Assembly (NCBI GenBank): GCA_016209035.1
Contig: JACQWX010000005.1
Location: forward strand, 6,688 to 70,687
Direction: 5' to 3'
DNA: 64,000 nt
Origin: Elusimicrobiota bacterium
Lineage (GTDB): Bacteria; Elusimicrobiota; Elusimicrobia; UBA1565; UBA9628
In this document: positions 9,487 to 18,385 of the stretch, piece by piece
How positions within the stretch are numbered: position 1 is the first letter of the stretch
How the letters are laid out: every line of letters begins with the position of its first letter
Translations under genes and position numbers: made by a program
The notes under the pieces: model-generated
Told to the model about the DNA's origin: nothing
The model's input: only the letters and a program-made list of their open reading frames with translations
Database searches by the model: none

Positions 9487-9549
9487 AGAATCTGAACTGA
9501 AGAACGACTAGACCTTACTTTGCCTAGCCCCCGTTTGGGGGCTTTTTTT
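9487..9549 (+). ncRNA. candidate ~60-nt small RNA (promoter-to-terminator unit with no ORF)
   Basis: Starts about 7 nt after the TATAAT and ends at the intrinsic terminator 9527-9549. No plausible ORF inside. Confidence 0.35.
9527..9549 (+). terminator. rho-independent terminator GCCCCCgtttGGGGGC plus T7
   Basis: 6-bp GC stem, 4-nt loop, TTTTTTT run. The T-run overlaps the stop codon of the convergent NYN gene. Confidence 0.6.
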
Positions 9550-10351
9550 ATGGCAGGTATCCGAGGCTCTTGGCCGTGGCCTCGTCCAGGTGGGTGACCG
9601 GAAGCCGTCCTCGATTAGGAACATCCTGTTCCCGCTTGACCAAAACGCCCTCCCGTTCCAGTTGGCCAATCGCGTCTCGCTTATCCTTCGCCGTTCCGGG
9701 GATTGCCTGTCTCTTGTCTTGTGCCCAACTGTCAATCAATTTGAAAGTCCAGTACTTCAGTGGCGCAGGGCCCTTGTGGACCATTGCCACAATCATCTTC
9801 CGGACTTCCAAGGGGTCGGCCGCTACAACCCGGGGGACTTCAACGGGGTCTTGAGGTTCCCCAGTGGCTGCCACGAGGTCTGCGGCCATGCTCCCCGGCA
9901 CTCCGATGGCGATGACGCGTTGGCCGAATTGAAAGCGAAGAAGCGTTACCAGCTTGACATAGTCGCGGTCCCCTGCAACGAGGAGAAATATTTTCTTTTC
10001 ACCATTCTTATCCGCATCTCTAGCCTGCATCACTGCATCCAGAGCAAGAACCATGTCAGCCGCATTCTTTACTCTCTCTATTGGTTTCCCGCCCGGGCCT
10101 GGTTTGGTGGTCCGCTTGACGGTCACGTTTATCGCTTCTATCCCGGCGACATCAAGCCGCCGGCGAAGTTCGGGCGGATGTTCACTGAAGTCGGCGTATG
10201 CTCTCATCACAGATGGGCGGCCATATTTCATAGCCTTGCTCACCAAGGCACCGAAATCGGGTTCCTGGCCGTGTAGATTAAGGAGGCTGTATCGAAGGTT
10301 CTCGAAGTCGATGAACATTGCGACGAACGTTTCTTTTTTCTCTTCTGGCAC
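9548..10351 (-). CDS. NYN-domain (LabA/YacP-like) protein
   Basis: N-terminus FVAMFIDFENLRYS and ...LLVAGDRDYVKLV (NYN/PIN-like). Confidence 0.7.
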   Translation of the reverse strand: MPEEKKETFVAMFIDFENLRYSLLNLHGQEPDFGALVSKAMKYGRPSVMRAYADFSEHPPELRRRLDVAGIEAINVTVKRTTKPGPGGKPIERVKNAADMVLALDAVMQARDADKNGEKKIFLLVAGDRDYVKLVTLLRFQFGQRVIAIGVPGSMAADLVAATGEPQDPVEVPRVVAADPLEVRKMIVAMVHKGPAPLKYWTFKLIDSWAQDKRQAIPGTAKDKRDAIGQLEREGVLVKREQDVPNRGRLPVTHLDEATAKSLGYLP

Positions 10352-10556
10352 AGGGACTTCCTCCTGAAATTACCTTGTGAAGTTCAATGAGAACTTCATT
10401 AAGGTATTTTACCACAATCCACGCCTCGCACATTTGTAATTTCTGCGTCGAATCCTAGTTGACGTGTCTCTCCGGCTTTCGCCGTTTCCGCACCGCATCT
10501 TCCGACTTGAGCGACTCGGGGGGAGGAAGGTAGGCTGTGGTCTGAGGTGCTGCGCC

Positions 10557-10859
10557 ATGATGCGAAGCGAACCGAAAGAAAGGATCACCGTCGGGGCGGC
10601 GAAGGCGCTACTGGCCCGGGCCAAGCAGGCCTACGAGGTCGGAGACGTCCTCACGGCCCACAGGCTGGCGGTCAAGGCGTTGCTCTGGGCCAACGACTGC
10701 CTGCATTCGCTCCAGTTGAGGAAGGCGGCGTTCAGGGACAACACCCTGTACGTCAGGAAACTCGGGCTGGGGCCGAAGGGGAAGGGCTGGAGCGTGACCG
10801 GCGCGGCCCGGGACGGCAAGTCCCTGGTGTGGACCCGGCCGGCGCGCAAGCCTCGGTAA
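10557..10859 (+). CDS. hypothetical basic protein
   Basis: MMRSEPKERITVGAAKALLARAKQAYEVGDVLTAHRLAVKALLWANDCLHSLQLRK...; protein-like composition. Confidence 0.35.
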   Translation: MMRSEPKERITVGAAKALLARAKQAYEVGDVLTAHRLAVKALLWANDCLHSLQLRKAAFRDNTLYVRKLGLGPKGKGWSVTGAARDGKSLVWTRPARKPR

Positions 10860-10916
10860 TTCGCAAGCCTTCGCCATTCTTGGCCGCCTCCTGCGTCGGT
10901 ATGGGCAGGGGGCGGC

Positions 10917-11159
10917 ATGGACTACCTGCTCAAGGACCCGGACGAGATGTCGCCAGGGGAGCGGCTGGATGCTCTGGCCGAGGTCCTGGCTGAGGGTTTC
11001 GTCTACCTGGCCGCAAACGGACTCCTGGACGACGTGCTCGGGAAAGTGGCCGAAGCGGGGCAGGGGGAATCCGCGAAGAAGGCCGCGGAATCGCCTTGCT
11101 TTCCAGCCGAACACCGTCTATCCTTCCTTCCTGACAAGGGAGGTGGACCGAGCGAATGA
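10917..11159 (+). CDS. small acidic protein translationally coupled (ATGA) to the serine recombinase; candidate recombination directionality factor
   Basis: MDYLLKDPDEMSPGERLDALAEVLAEGFVYLAANGLLDDVLGKVAEAG...; its stop overlaps the integrase ATG. Confidence 0.4.
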   Translation: MDYLLKDPDEMSPGERLDALAEVLAEGFVYLAANGLLDDVLGKVAEAGQGESAKKAAESPCFPAEHRLSFLPDKGGGPSE

Positions 11160-12985
11160 GCACGAACAACGAGTCCGGGAACGGGAACGGCAAGGCGGGG
11201 CCGGTCTGGATCGCGGTCTACACGCGCAAGTCGAACGACGAGAACCTCAATATCGAGGTGACGTCCATCGACAACCAGAAGGCCTGCTGCCGCAGCTACA
11301 TCGAAATCCAGAAGCAGAAGGGCTGGCGGGAGTACCCCGAGACCTTCGACGACCCGGCCCAGTCGGGCAAGAGCCTGGAGCGGCCGGCCATGAAGCGCAT
11401 CCTGCAGCGCATCCAGGAGGGCAAGGTCCAGGGCGTCATCGTCTACAAGCTCGACCGCCTGACGCGCAACTCAAGGGATTTCCACGGCCTGCTGGAGCTC
11501 TTCGAGAAGCACGGCGTGGCCTTCATCTCGGCCACGGAGTCCATTGACACGAAGAGCCCGCAGGGCAGGCTCATGACCGCCATCATGGTCCAGTTCGCCC
11601 AGTACGACCGCGAGCTGGACCAGGAGAGGTCCAGGGATACGCACCTCGCCCGGGCGCGCAAAGGGCTTTGGTGCGCGGGCCTGCCTCCCCTGGGGTACGA
11701 CATCAAGGACAAGCTCCTGGTGGTCAACCCGCAGGAGGCGGAGCTTGTGCGCGAGATTTTCGGGCTCTACCTCAGGCACAAGTCCACCTTGGTCGTGGCC
11801 AAGGAGCTCAACCGCCTGAATTACCGGCGCAAGACCTACAAGGCGCAGGACGGGAGACTCTTGGGCGGCAAGCCATTCGACCCGGACACGGTCTGCGGGA
11901 TTCTGCGGCGCAAGGTCTACATCGGGATCATCACGAACGGGAGAAGCGGCCAGGAGTTCCCGGGCCTGCACACGCCCCTGGTGAGCCCCCGGGTGTTCGA
12001 GAAGGTCCAGGCCATCCTGGCCGGCCACCGCCTGCGCGAGGAGGCGACGCAGTACGCCAACAACAAGCACGGCTTCCTGCTCAAGGGCCTGGTCCGCTGC
12101 GGCGAGTGCGACGCGGCCATGGTCGGGTTCGTGCAGCCGAAGAAGGACAGGCGCTATCGCTACTACCGCTGCATCGGCAGGGACAATGGCCGGCGCTCCT
12201 TCTGCCCGGTCAAGTGCATCGGGGCGGACAAGATCGAGGAATTCGTGATAGAGAAGCTGGCAGTCATCGGCAGCGACCGCCCGTTCCTGGAGAGGGTGGT
12301 CGCCAAGGTCTCGAAGGAGTCCAAGAGCAAGATCCGGCCCATGAAGCGGGAGATACGGCGAATCGAGGAGCGGATTCGCGCGACCCGGCGGGAGACGCAG
12401 AACCTGCTGAACATGGTCAAGTCCGGCGGGTCTTCCCAGGAGGCCTCGGCTGAGATCAAGCGGTTGGAGGACGCCAAGCGGGAGTTGGAGGCCCGCTCGG
12501 CCGGGCTACAGGCGCAGGTCAGCCAGCGCCAGAGGGTGGTCTACGACGTGGACGCCATCGAGGGCGCGCTGCGCCGCTTCGCCAGGTTCATCTACCGGAT
12601 GCCGCGGGCCTTGCAGGTGCTGGTGTTCCGCATCCTGGTCAAACGGGTCGTTCTGCACCGGAACAAGATATCGGTGGAAATCCACGAGCTGCCTATAGGC
12701 GCTCTGGAGATGGTCATGGACAAGAGGCTCTTGGAGGCCCCCAGGGGCCTGGGCCACTGGAAGAACAACGGGGCGAACACGGGCCAGGAGGATGCTGCGG
12801 CGGCGGGTGTCGCGGGCAACGGCGGGCCGGCTGCGGGGGAACAGGCAGGGGCGGGGGACCGGGACGCGGCGGATTCGCCCATAAAAGGGCCAGTCCTCCG
12901 CCAACTCGCCACCGGAACACCGGTTTGTGAATTGGGGGAGGACTGGCGGGGTCAACGGGATTTGAACCCGCGGTCTCTGCCTTGA
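11156..12985 (+). CDS. large serine recombinase (integrase)
   Basis: N-terminus VWIAVYTRKSNDENLNIEVTSIDNQK...YKLDRLTRNSRDF (resolvase catalytic domain); recombinase domain; zinc ribbon CGECDAAM...YYRC; coiled coil. The low-complexity tail overlaps tRNA-Asp. Confidence 0.85.
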   Translation: MSTNNESGNGNGKAGPVWIAVYTRKSNDENLNIEVTSIDNQKACCRSYIEIQKQKGWREYPETFDDPAQSGKSLERPAMKRILQRIQEGKVQGVIVYKLDRLTRNSRDFHGLLELFEKHGVAFISATESIDTKSPQGRLMTAIMVQFAQYDRELDQERSRDTHLARARKGLWCAGLPPLGYDIKDKLLVVNPQEAELVREIFGLYLRHKSTLVVAKELNRLNYRRKTYKAQDGRLLGGKPFDPDTVCGILRRKVYIGIITNGRSGQEFPGLHTPLVSPRVFEKVQAILAGHRLREEATQYANNKHGFLLKGLVRCGECDAAMVGFVQPKKDRRYRYYRCIGRDNGRRSFCPVKCIGADKIEEFVIEKLAVIGSDRPFLERVVAKVSKESKSKIRPMKREIRRIEERIRATRRETQNLLNMVKSGGSSQEASAEIKRLEDAKRELEARSAGLQAQVSQRQRVVYDVDAIEGALRRFARFIYRMPRALQVLVFRILVKRVVLHRNKISVEIHELPIGALEMVMDKRLLEAPRGLGHWKNNGANTGQEDAAAAGVAGNGGPAAGEQAGAGDRDAADSPIKGPVLRQLATGTPVCELGEDWRGQRDLNPRSLP

Positions 12986-13022
12986 CAGGGCAGCGTGTTA
13001 GACCAGGCTACACCATGACCCC
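12944..13022 (-). tRNA. tRNA-Asp (anticodon GUC)
   Basis: Reverse complement is GGGGTCATGGTGTAGCCTGGTCTAACACGCTGCCCTGTCAAGGCAGAGACCGCGGGTTCAAATCCCGTTGACCCCGCCA. Cloverleaf checked by hand: 7-bp acceptor, anticodon loop CU-GUC-AA, T-loop TTCAAAT, encoded CCA. Confidence 0.85.
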
Positions 13023-13027
13023 TTGAA

Positions 13028-13054
13028 CCGAGAGGGAACGAAGCCCCCTCTCGG
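13028..13054. terminator. perfect 9-bp stem-loop (CCGAGAGGG-N9-CCCTCTCGG) between the giant gene and tRNA-Asp; possible terminator
   Basis: Followed on the + strand by agatattatgaTTTTT. The T-run is displaced, so this is a weak call. Confidence 0.3.
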
Positions 13055-13113
13055 AGATATTATGATTTTTCCTTCCTCCGCTCAAGCCGACGCCGCGGCG
13101 TCCGCGCCGTCGC

Positions 13114-16100
13114 TCATCTCGACGCGTAGACGTAGCCGACCGTGGCGTGCATGTCCTTGAAGGCCACGGACTCGCTCGAGGGAAGCGTGATCCCCGAGTC
13201 GCCGGCCGTGGTCTTTCGCAGGCTCTCCACGCCGCGGACCACCACGATGCCGGGCTCTCCGGGCTTGCCAGGGAGCTCGCGGGTCAGGACGACCAGGGTG
13301 TCGAACATGTCGTACGAGGGGAGCTTCAGGCCCTCGCGAAGGTTGTCGATGTCCTGGGGCTTGGGGCCTTGGTCGCCGTACCAGTTCTCGCGGCCGCGGG
13401 CCATCCGGCGGCCGTGTTGGTCGGAGAACCCGGCCTTGGAGTAGGCGCGCTGGGCGGCCTTGAACTTGGCCTTGTAGTCCGCGCCTTCGAATGAGTTGAG
13501 GCCTTCGTTGAGAGGCGTCTCCCCTTTGGGGGTCGCGGGGCCGCGGGTGTTGAGGTAGCGGATGGCGCCGAGGAGCGAGCCGGCGCCGAGGGCGAGCGCC
13601 CCGGCGAGGAAGCTGCCGGCGAGGATGAGCTGGCCGCCCGCGGCGAGCAGGCCGCCCGTCAGGGCGCCGACCACGGCGCCCGGCAGGTCGAACTGCCAGC
13701 CGCCGTTCTCGCCTCGCGGCACGCTTCCGAGGAGGAACCCCAAGAAGGCGCCGACGCCGGCTGCGATCTTGGTCGCGGTCGTGATCGAGGCGCCCAGGCC
13801 GGCGAGGGATCCGCCGCTGGTCGCGAGGCTGCCTGCCAGCAAGGTCCCGGTTGCCGCGCCGGCGATGAGGGGCCAGCCGAGGAGGGCCGCCGCCAGCAGC
13901 AGGGCTCCGACGGTCAGCGCGATGGCAGCTCCCTTGCCCAGGGCGGGGTCGGACTTCTTCACGAAGGAGGCCGGGGCGGGGGTGGGCTCATCGCCCGGCG
14001 CGGAATAGGGGTCCCAGAACCGGAAGGGATCCTCGGCCCTCTCGTTGGGCTTGCCTTTGGTGGCGTTGTAGATGCCGAAGGCCAGGGCCATGACGAGGCC
14101 CACGGGCAGGAGGAACGCCATCTTCAGCAGGTAGAACGCCTGGCCGAGCCTGAACATGACGAAGCTCACGCCCGCCTTGACGGTGGGCCGGCCGCTGGGG
14201 CTCGCGGACTTCTCGTCCATGGCCTTGAGGAAGCCCCGGGAGTAGTACTTGAAGAACTCCTGGGAGCTGTCTCCCTCGACCATGGACTCCCAGACGCGGG
14301 CCGTGCCGGAGAAGAACCGGGTCGCGCGGGAGTCGGGCCAGAGCTCGTGCGACAGGCCCCACAGGAAGTTCAGGGGCGCGCGGACGACGCCGAGAGCCAG
14401 GCCCACCGCGCCGGCCAGCACGAACTCCACGAGCTGGCTGATCCACATGGGCACCCAGATGACCGAGAGCCACGCCCCGTTCCACACGGTCTTGTCGAGC
14501 CAGTAGCTCGCGTGGGACCGCAGGTTGCGGTAGAACTTGGTGTCGTGGTTCCAGGAGCTGAAGAGCTCGTAGGAATTGCGGACGCTGGCGTAGATGCGGT
14601 AGAAGACGGCCCCCAGGCCCGTGAAGATGGGCTTGGGCAGGTGCATGAGCAGGAGCGGGCTCAGCAGATAGGCGCCCGCGGTGAGCGCCGTGGCCACGAG
14701 GCCGGTCGCGCCGGTGAAGACGAGGCCCGCCCCGGTCATGAGCGCCAGCGCCCCGAAGTAGGCGCCGATGCGCTCGCCCGAGTCCATGGAGAACTCGTCG
14801 GGGTCCTCGGCCTTGCGGCTCAGGAACCGCATGAGGCCCCACCCGCCCAGGATGTTCGCCACCGACATCCAGAAGGCGTTGGTCTTGGCCGTGGCCAGGA
14901 GCAGCGCGCCGATGCCGATGGGCCCGACCATGAAGGTCAGGTAGGGGATGAGAACCCCCTGCAGAATCATGAGCACGCCCGGCAGGATGCGCAGGACCTT
15001 GGCGGTCTTGGCCGGCATGAAGGGCAGGAGCGCCAGGCTCAGGGTGACGGCGCCGTAGAACACGCCGACCATCGGGGACGCGAGGTAGAGCGGCCAGCCG
15101 AGGAACACGGCCGGGAGCAGTGCGATGGCGGAGGCGATGAGGCGCGGGACCAACGTGCTGCCCGGAGGCGGCGCGGGCTGGTCCGGGTCCGCGGGCTCCT
15201 CGGGCTTCTCGCCCGGGCTGTCGTCGGTGTCGACGCGCAGGGAGGAGGGGCTGTGCTTCGCGGGGTCGTAGGCCTCCGAGGTCTTGGCGAAGGCGAAGGC
15301 GACCCCGCCGAGGAACAGGAACGGCGTGGCCGCCACGGCCAGGACCGCCGCGCCCAACGACATCAGGTAGATGCCCAGGGTGGCCGGGATGCTCAGGGCC
15401 TTGGACTTGGAGTTGGCCGCGCCGATGAGGAGCTTCTCAGCCCGGTTGAAGAGGGCTTTCTTGGCGCCTTGGACATTGTCGAACATGAAGTGCGCCACGG
15501 CCGCGAAGTACTTGGTAACGCGCGATTCCCTGGAGAGGCGGTGCGAGGCGCCCCAGAGGAACATGACAGGCGCCTGCATGGCCGAGAGGGCCAGCCACGA
15601 GACGATGCCGGCGGCCCAGCCGACCATCTGGAGGGTCCAGACCGGGATCCAGAGGCCCGCGAGCCAGACCGCGTTCCACTTGGAAACCTTCAGATGCCTC
15701 TCGGAAAAGGCCTTCAGGCGGTCGACGAGCGGGGTGTCGCGCCAGGCCGCTCCCATGATGCGTCCCACGCCTTTGACGCCGTAGTACGCGGCGCCGAAGG
15801 CGGTGCTGATGCCGTAGCCGACCCAGCTCGGCAGGTGCATGAGCAGGAGAGCGGCCATGGGATAGGACAAGACGGTGAAGCCCAGCGCTATCCAGCCGGC
15901 CGGGCCGATGAGGGCCAGGGCCGCGCCGGTCAGCGCGCCGACGCCTCCGAAGTACGCGCTCAGCGCGGCCTCGGTGTCCCAGCGGTCGCGGACGCTCTTG
16001 CCGAGGCCGTAGCGGACGAGTCCCCAGCCGCCGAGGGCGGCCAAGGCGCCGATCCAAAGGCCGCTCCCGCCGGTCAGGGCATTGAAGACCGTGAAAGCCC

Positions 16101-17031
16101 CGAGGGCCGCGAGCGAGAAGCCGGGGATGGCACGGATCGCCTTCGGTGTGCCCTCGCCCATGAAGGGAAGGGCGGCCATCAGGACGCTGGTGGCGATGAC
16201 CGCGCCGCCCGCGTAGAGGGCGCCGGCCGCGAGCAGCGGCCAGCCCAGGATCGCGGCGGGGAGGAGCGCCAGGGCCGAAGCGAAGATCCTCGCGCCCAGG
16301 GGTTGCTTGCGGGACCGCGGAGCCTGCGGCTCGGCGTCAGAGACGGAGGGCTGGGCCTCGGGGTTGGGAGAGACCTCGGCCGGGGAGGGCGCCGCGTCCG
16401 GCGCCGCGAGCCGGGACACCCCGGCGCTGGCGTTGAGGTCGCCGAACTTGGCGGACGACGGGACGAGGGCGACATCAGAGGAGAAAGCCTGCTTGGCGCG
16501 GGTGATGATGGAGTCGAGCTTCATGCCGAGGCCATGCGCGCCCTCGGTCCGGGCTTTGGAGATGTCGCCCGTGGCCTCGAGGGCCTGGCCGACTTCCCCG
16601 GACATGCCGGCGAGCGTATCCTCGATGCTCTGGACCGGCGCGGCTTCCTGCACGGTCTCGGGCGCCGCGATGGGGACTACGGGCAGTCGGACCGGCGTCT
16701 GGAACATCACCGGCACGGCCACGGGGAGCCCCGCGTGGGACTCCAGGGTTTGGACCGGAGTCTCCTTGATAGAGGGCGCCGCGACGCCGGGGAGCGTGCT
16801 CCCGAGGTTCGCGGTGTCGAGCGTCAAAGGCGAGACCGTCATGGACCCGCCGGTGAGGACCTTGATGGTCCCGACCTGGCCCGAGCCTGGGGTCGCGGCC
16901 TGGTAGCCGACCTTGGTCCCCGTGACCTGCTGGGCCGCGGCTTCGTAGGCCGCGAAGCCCGGGCTCAGGACGACGAGGGAAAGGGAGATGACGACGGCGA
17001 CGACGGACTTGAAGATAGAGACGCGACGCAT
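13114..17031 (-). CDS. giant (~1305 aa) secreted polytopic membrane protein with three diverged tandem copies of a multi-TM module and a soluble C-terminal domain
   Basis: Start MRRVSIFKSVVAVVISLSLVVLS (signal peptide; RBS AGGAGGAG upstream). Repeated blocks: KWNAVWLAGLWIPVWTLQMVGWAAG vs VWNGAWLSVIWVPMWISQLVEFVLAG; LLLMHLPSWVGYG vs LLLMHLPKPIFTG; APVMFLWGASHRLSRESRVTKYF vs APLNFLWGLSHELWPDSRATRFF. Confidence 0.7.
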   Translation of the reverse strand: MRRVSIFKSVVAVVISLSLVVLSPGFAAYEAAAQQVTGTKVGYQAATPGSGQVGTIKVLTGGSMTVSPLTLDTANLGSTLPGVAAPSIKETPVQTLESHAGLPVAVPVMFQTPVRLPVVPIAAPETVQEAAPVQSIEDTLAGMSGEVGQALEATGDISKARTEGAHGLGMKLDSIITRAKQAFSSDVALVPSSAKFGDLNASAGVSRLAAPDAAPSPAEVSPNPEAQPSVSDAEPQAPRSRKQPLGARIFASALALLPAAILGWPLLAAGALYAGGAVIATSVLMAALPFMGEGTPKAIRAIPGFSLAALGAFTVFNALTGGSGLWIGALAALGGWGLVRYGLGKSVRDRWDTEAALSAYFGGVGALTGAALALIGPAGWIALGFTVLSYPMAALLLMHLPSWVGYGISTAFGAAYYGVKGVGRIMGAAWRDTPLVDRLKAFSERHLKVSKWNAVWLAGLWIPVWTLQMVGWAAGIVSWLALSAMQAPVMFLWGASHRLSRESRVTKYFAAVAHFMFDNVQGAKKALFNRAEKLLIGAANSKSKALSIPATLGIYLMSLGAAVLAVAATPFLFLGGVAFAFAKTSEAYDPAKHSPSSLRVDTDDSPGEKPEEPADPDQPAPPPGSTLVPRLIASAIALLPAVFLGWPLYLASPMVGVFYGAVTLSLALLPFMPAKTAKVLRILPGVLMILQGVLIPYLTFMVGPIGIGALLLATAKTNAFWMSVANILGGWGLMRFLSRKAEDPDEFSMDSGERIGAYFGALALMTGAGLVFTGATGLVATALTAGAYLLSPLLLMHLPKPIFTGLGAVFYRIYASVRNSYELFSSWNHDTKFYRNLRSHASYWLDKTVWNGAWLSVIWVPMWISQLVEFVLAGAVGLALGVVRAPLNFLWGLSHELWPDSRATRFFSGTARVWESMVEGDSSQEFFKYYSRGFLKAMDEKSASPSGRPTVKAGVSFVMFRLGQAFYLLKMAFLLPVGLVMALAFGIYNATKGKPNERAEDPFRFWDPYSAPGDEPTPAPASFVKKSDPALGKGAAIALTVGALLLAAALLGWPLIAGAATGTLLAGSLATSGGSLAGLGASITTATKIAAGVGAFLGFLLGSVPRGENGGWQFDLPGAVVGALTGGLLAAGGQLILAGSFLAGALALGAGSLLGAIRYLNTRGPATPKGETPLNEGLNSFEGADYKAKFKAAQRAYSKAGFSDQHGRRMARGRENWYGDQGPKPQDIDNLREGLKLPSYDMFDTLVVLTRELPGKPGEPGIVVVRGVESLRKTTAGDSGITLPSSESVAFKDMHATVGYVYASR

Positions 17032-17196
17032 GGACTTTGCTCCTCCTGCCTGATTTTCTGGAACCATTATCCGAAAGTCGCCTGCATGGCTGGATGGGTC
17101 CAGAGGGGAGATTCCAGGAGGATTTGGGCCTACGGTGATTTGCACCGACTGCCAGGCGAGGTCCCAGAAACCTCGGGCCTTGGGTCCTGGGTGCGC

Positions 17197-17661
17197 CTAG
17201 GGGGCCGGCTCCTTCGGATCCGAGGGCTTCGCGGACCCGCGCAGGGCCCAAAGGCGGTAGAGGATGGGGGACGCTCCGAGCACGACCCCGGAGAGGATGC
17301 CGAACCTGACCTGGCCGGCGGGCGTCGGGAACCAAGTCTCAGCGAGGACGATCCCGAAGAAGCAGCCGGCCGCGGCCATGAACAAAGCCAGCAGGCCCGC
17401 GGCGAACCAATCCGCGAAGAATCGGAACGGCTTGCTCTCCATGATCCTGTTGACCCACGGTATCTCCGAGACGGCTCCCAGGGCAAGACCGATGCCGACG
17501 AGGGCCGCGAGGATGCCCACGAAGACGGCGACGGCGATGACCGCGGCCAGGATGCCGCGGCCGATGGAGGGCTGGCGGATCGCGGCGGCCAAGGCGACCA
17601 CGATGAGCGCGACGAGCAGGGGGAGCTCGTAGAGGGTGCCCCGCTGGTCGTTCAGCCGCAT
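17197..17661 (-). CDS. small integral membrane protein (3-4 TM)
   Basis: MRLNDQRGTLYELPLLVALIVVALAAAI...; hydrophobic segments. Confidence 0.5.
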   Translation of the reverse strand: MRLNDQRGTLYELPLLVALIVVALAAAIRQPSIGRGILAAVIAVAVFVGILAALVGIGLALGAVSEIPWVNRIMESKPFRFFADWFAAGLLALFMAAAGCFFGIVLAETWFPTPAGQVRFGILSGVVLGASPILYRLWALRGSAKPSDPKEPAP

Positions 17662-17686
17662 GGGTTCCGGCGGCCTCCTCCCGGGG

Positions 17687-18196
17687 TCACTCCGGGTCCC
17701 CGCCCTGGATGTCGGCGATGGTGGACCCTGGCGGGAGGTCCTTGACCTGCTTGTGGACCTGGCCGAGCATGGACAGGTGGACCTGCCAGTCGGTCGGTTC
17801 GAAGTTGTCGGGGGTCAGGTTCCCTCCGAGCACGATGGGATGCTTGGCGGAGAGGCATTGCCCGGCTCCGAGCTTCGCCCCCCTGTCCAGGAGCCTGCGG
17901 ACCAGGTCCACGCGCAGCCACCCGGCCGCTTGCGGCGAAGTCCTGAGGGCGGCCGGCAGGTCCCCCGGAGCCAATCCCGTCCTGACGAAGGTCCCTGTGA
18001 AGGTGTCGAGGAAGTAGACCACTTCCGCGCGGCTGAAGAACCCCTCGGTCTTGACCACGAAAGCGTCTCCCATCGCGGTCACGAGCAGAGGACGCGCGCC
18101 GCGGCCCATCAGCCACCGCCAGTCATCGAGAGCGCCTTGCGCAGAGAGGTCGGCGATCTGCGCGACGAGCTTCGAGAGGTCCGGGTCCTGCGCCAT
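17687..18196 (-). CDS. hypothetical protein
   Basis: 169 aa with protein-like composition; no family recognised with confidence. Confidence 0.45.
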   Translation of the reverse strand: MAQDPDLSKLVAQIADLSAQGALDDWRWLMGRGARPLLVTAMGDAFVVKTEGFFSRAEVVYFLDTFTGTFVRTGLAPGDLPAALRTSPQAAGWLRVDLVRRLLDRGAKLGAGQCLSAKHPIVLGGNLTPDNFEPTDWQVHLSMLGQVHKQVKDLPPGSTIADIQGGDPE

Positions 18197-18218
18197 GAGG
18201 CCTCCTGGCCGATGATCG

Positions 18219-18292
18219 TGGTGGGCCGTGCAGGATTCGAACCTGCGACCCTTCGCGTGTAAGGCGAATGCTCTACCGCTGAGCTAACGGCC
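18219..18292 (-). tRNA. tRNA-Val (anticodon UAC)
   Basis: Reverse complement is GGGCCGTTAGCTCAGCGGTAGAGCATTCGCCTTACACGCGAAGGGTCGCAGGTTCGAATCCTGCACGGCCCACCA; anticodon loop CU-UAC-AC. Confidence 0.85.
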
Positions 18293-18385
18293 CGATTCGC
18301 TCTCATTCTACAACACTTACCATGAGTTGGGGGCGGTCGGCGGGAGGGGCAATGACATCTGTACACTTTTCTGTTACTTTGGGCT

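Noticed and set aside
14347-17745. 1132-aa + strand ORF
   Set aside because: It is antisense to the giant membrane-protein gene. Its composition is R/G/D/E low-complexity (…GRGGRRVRRREPGHPGAG…).
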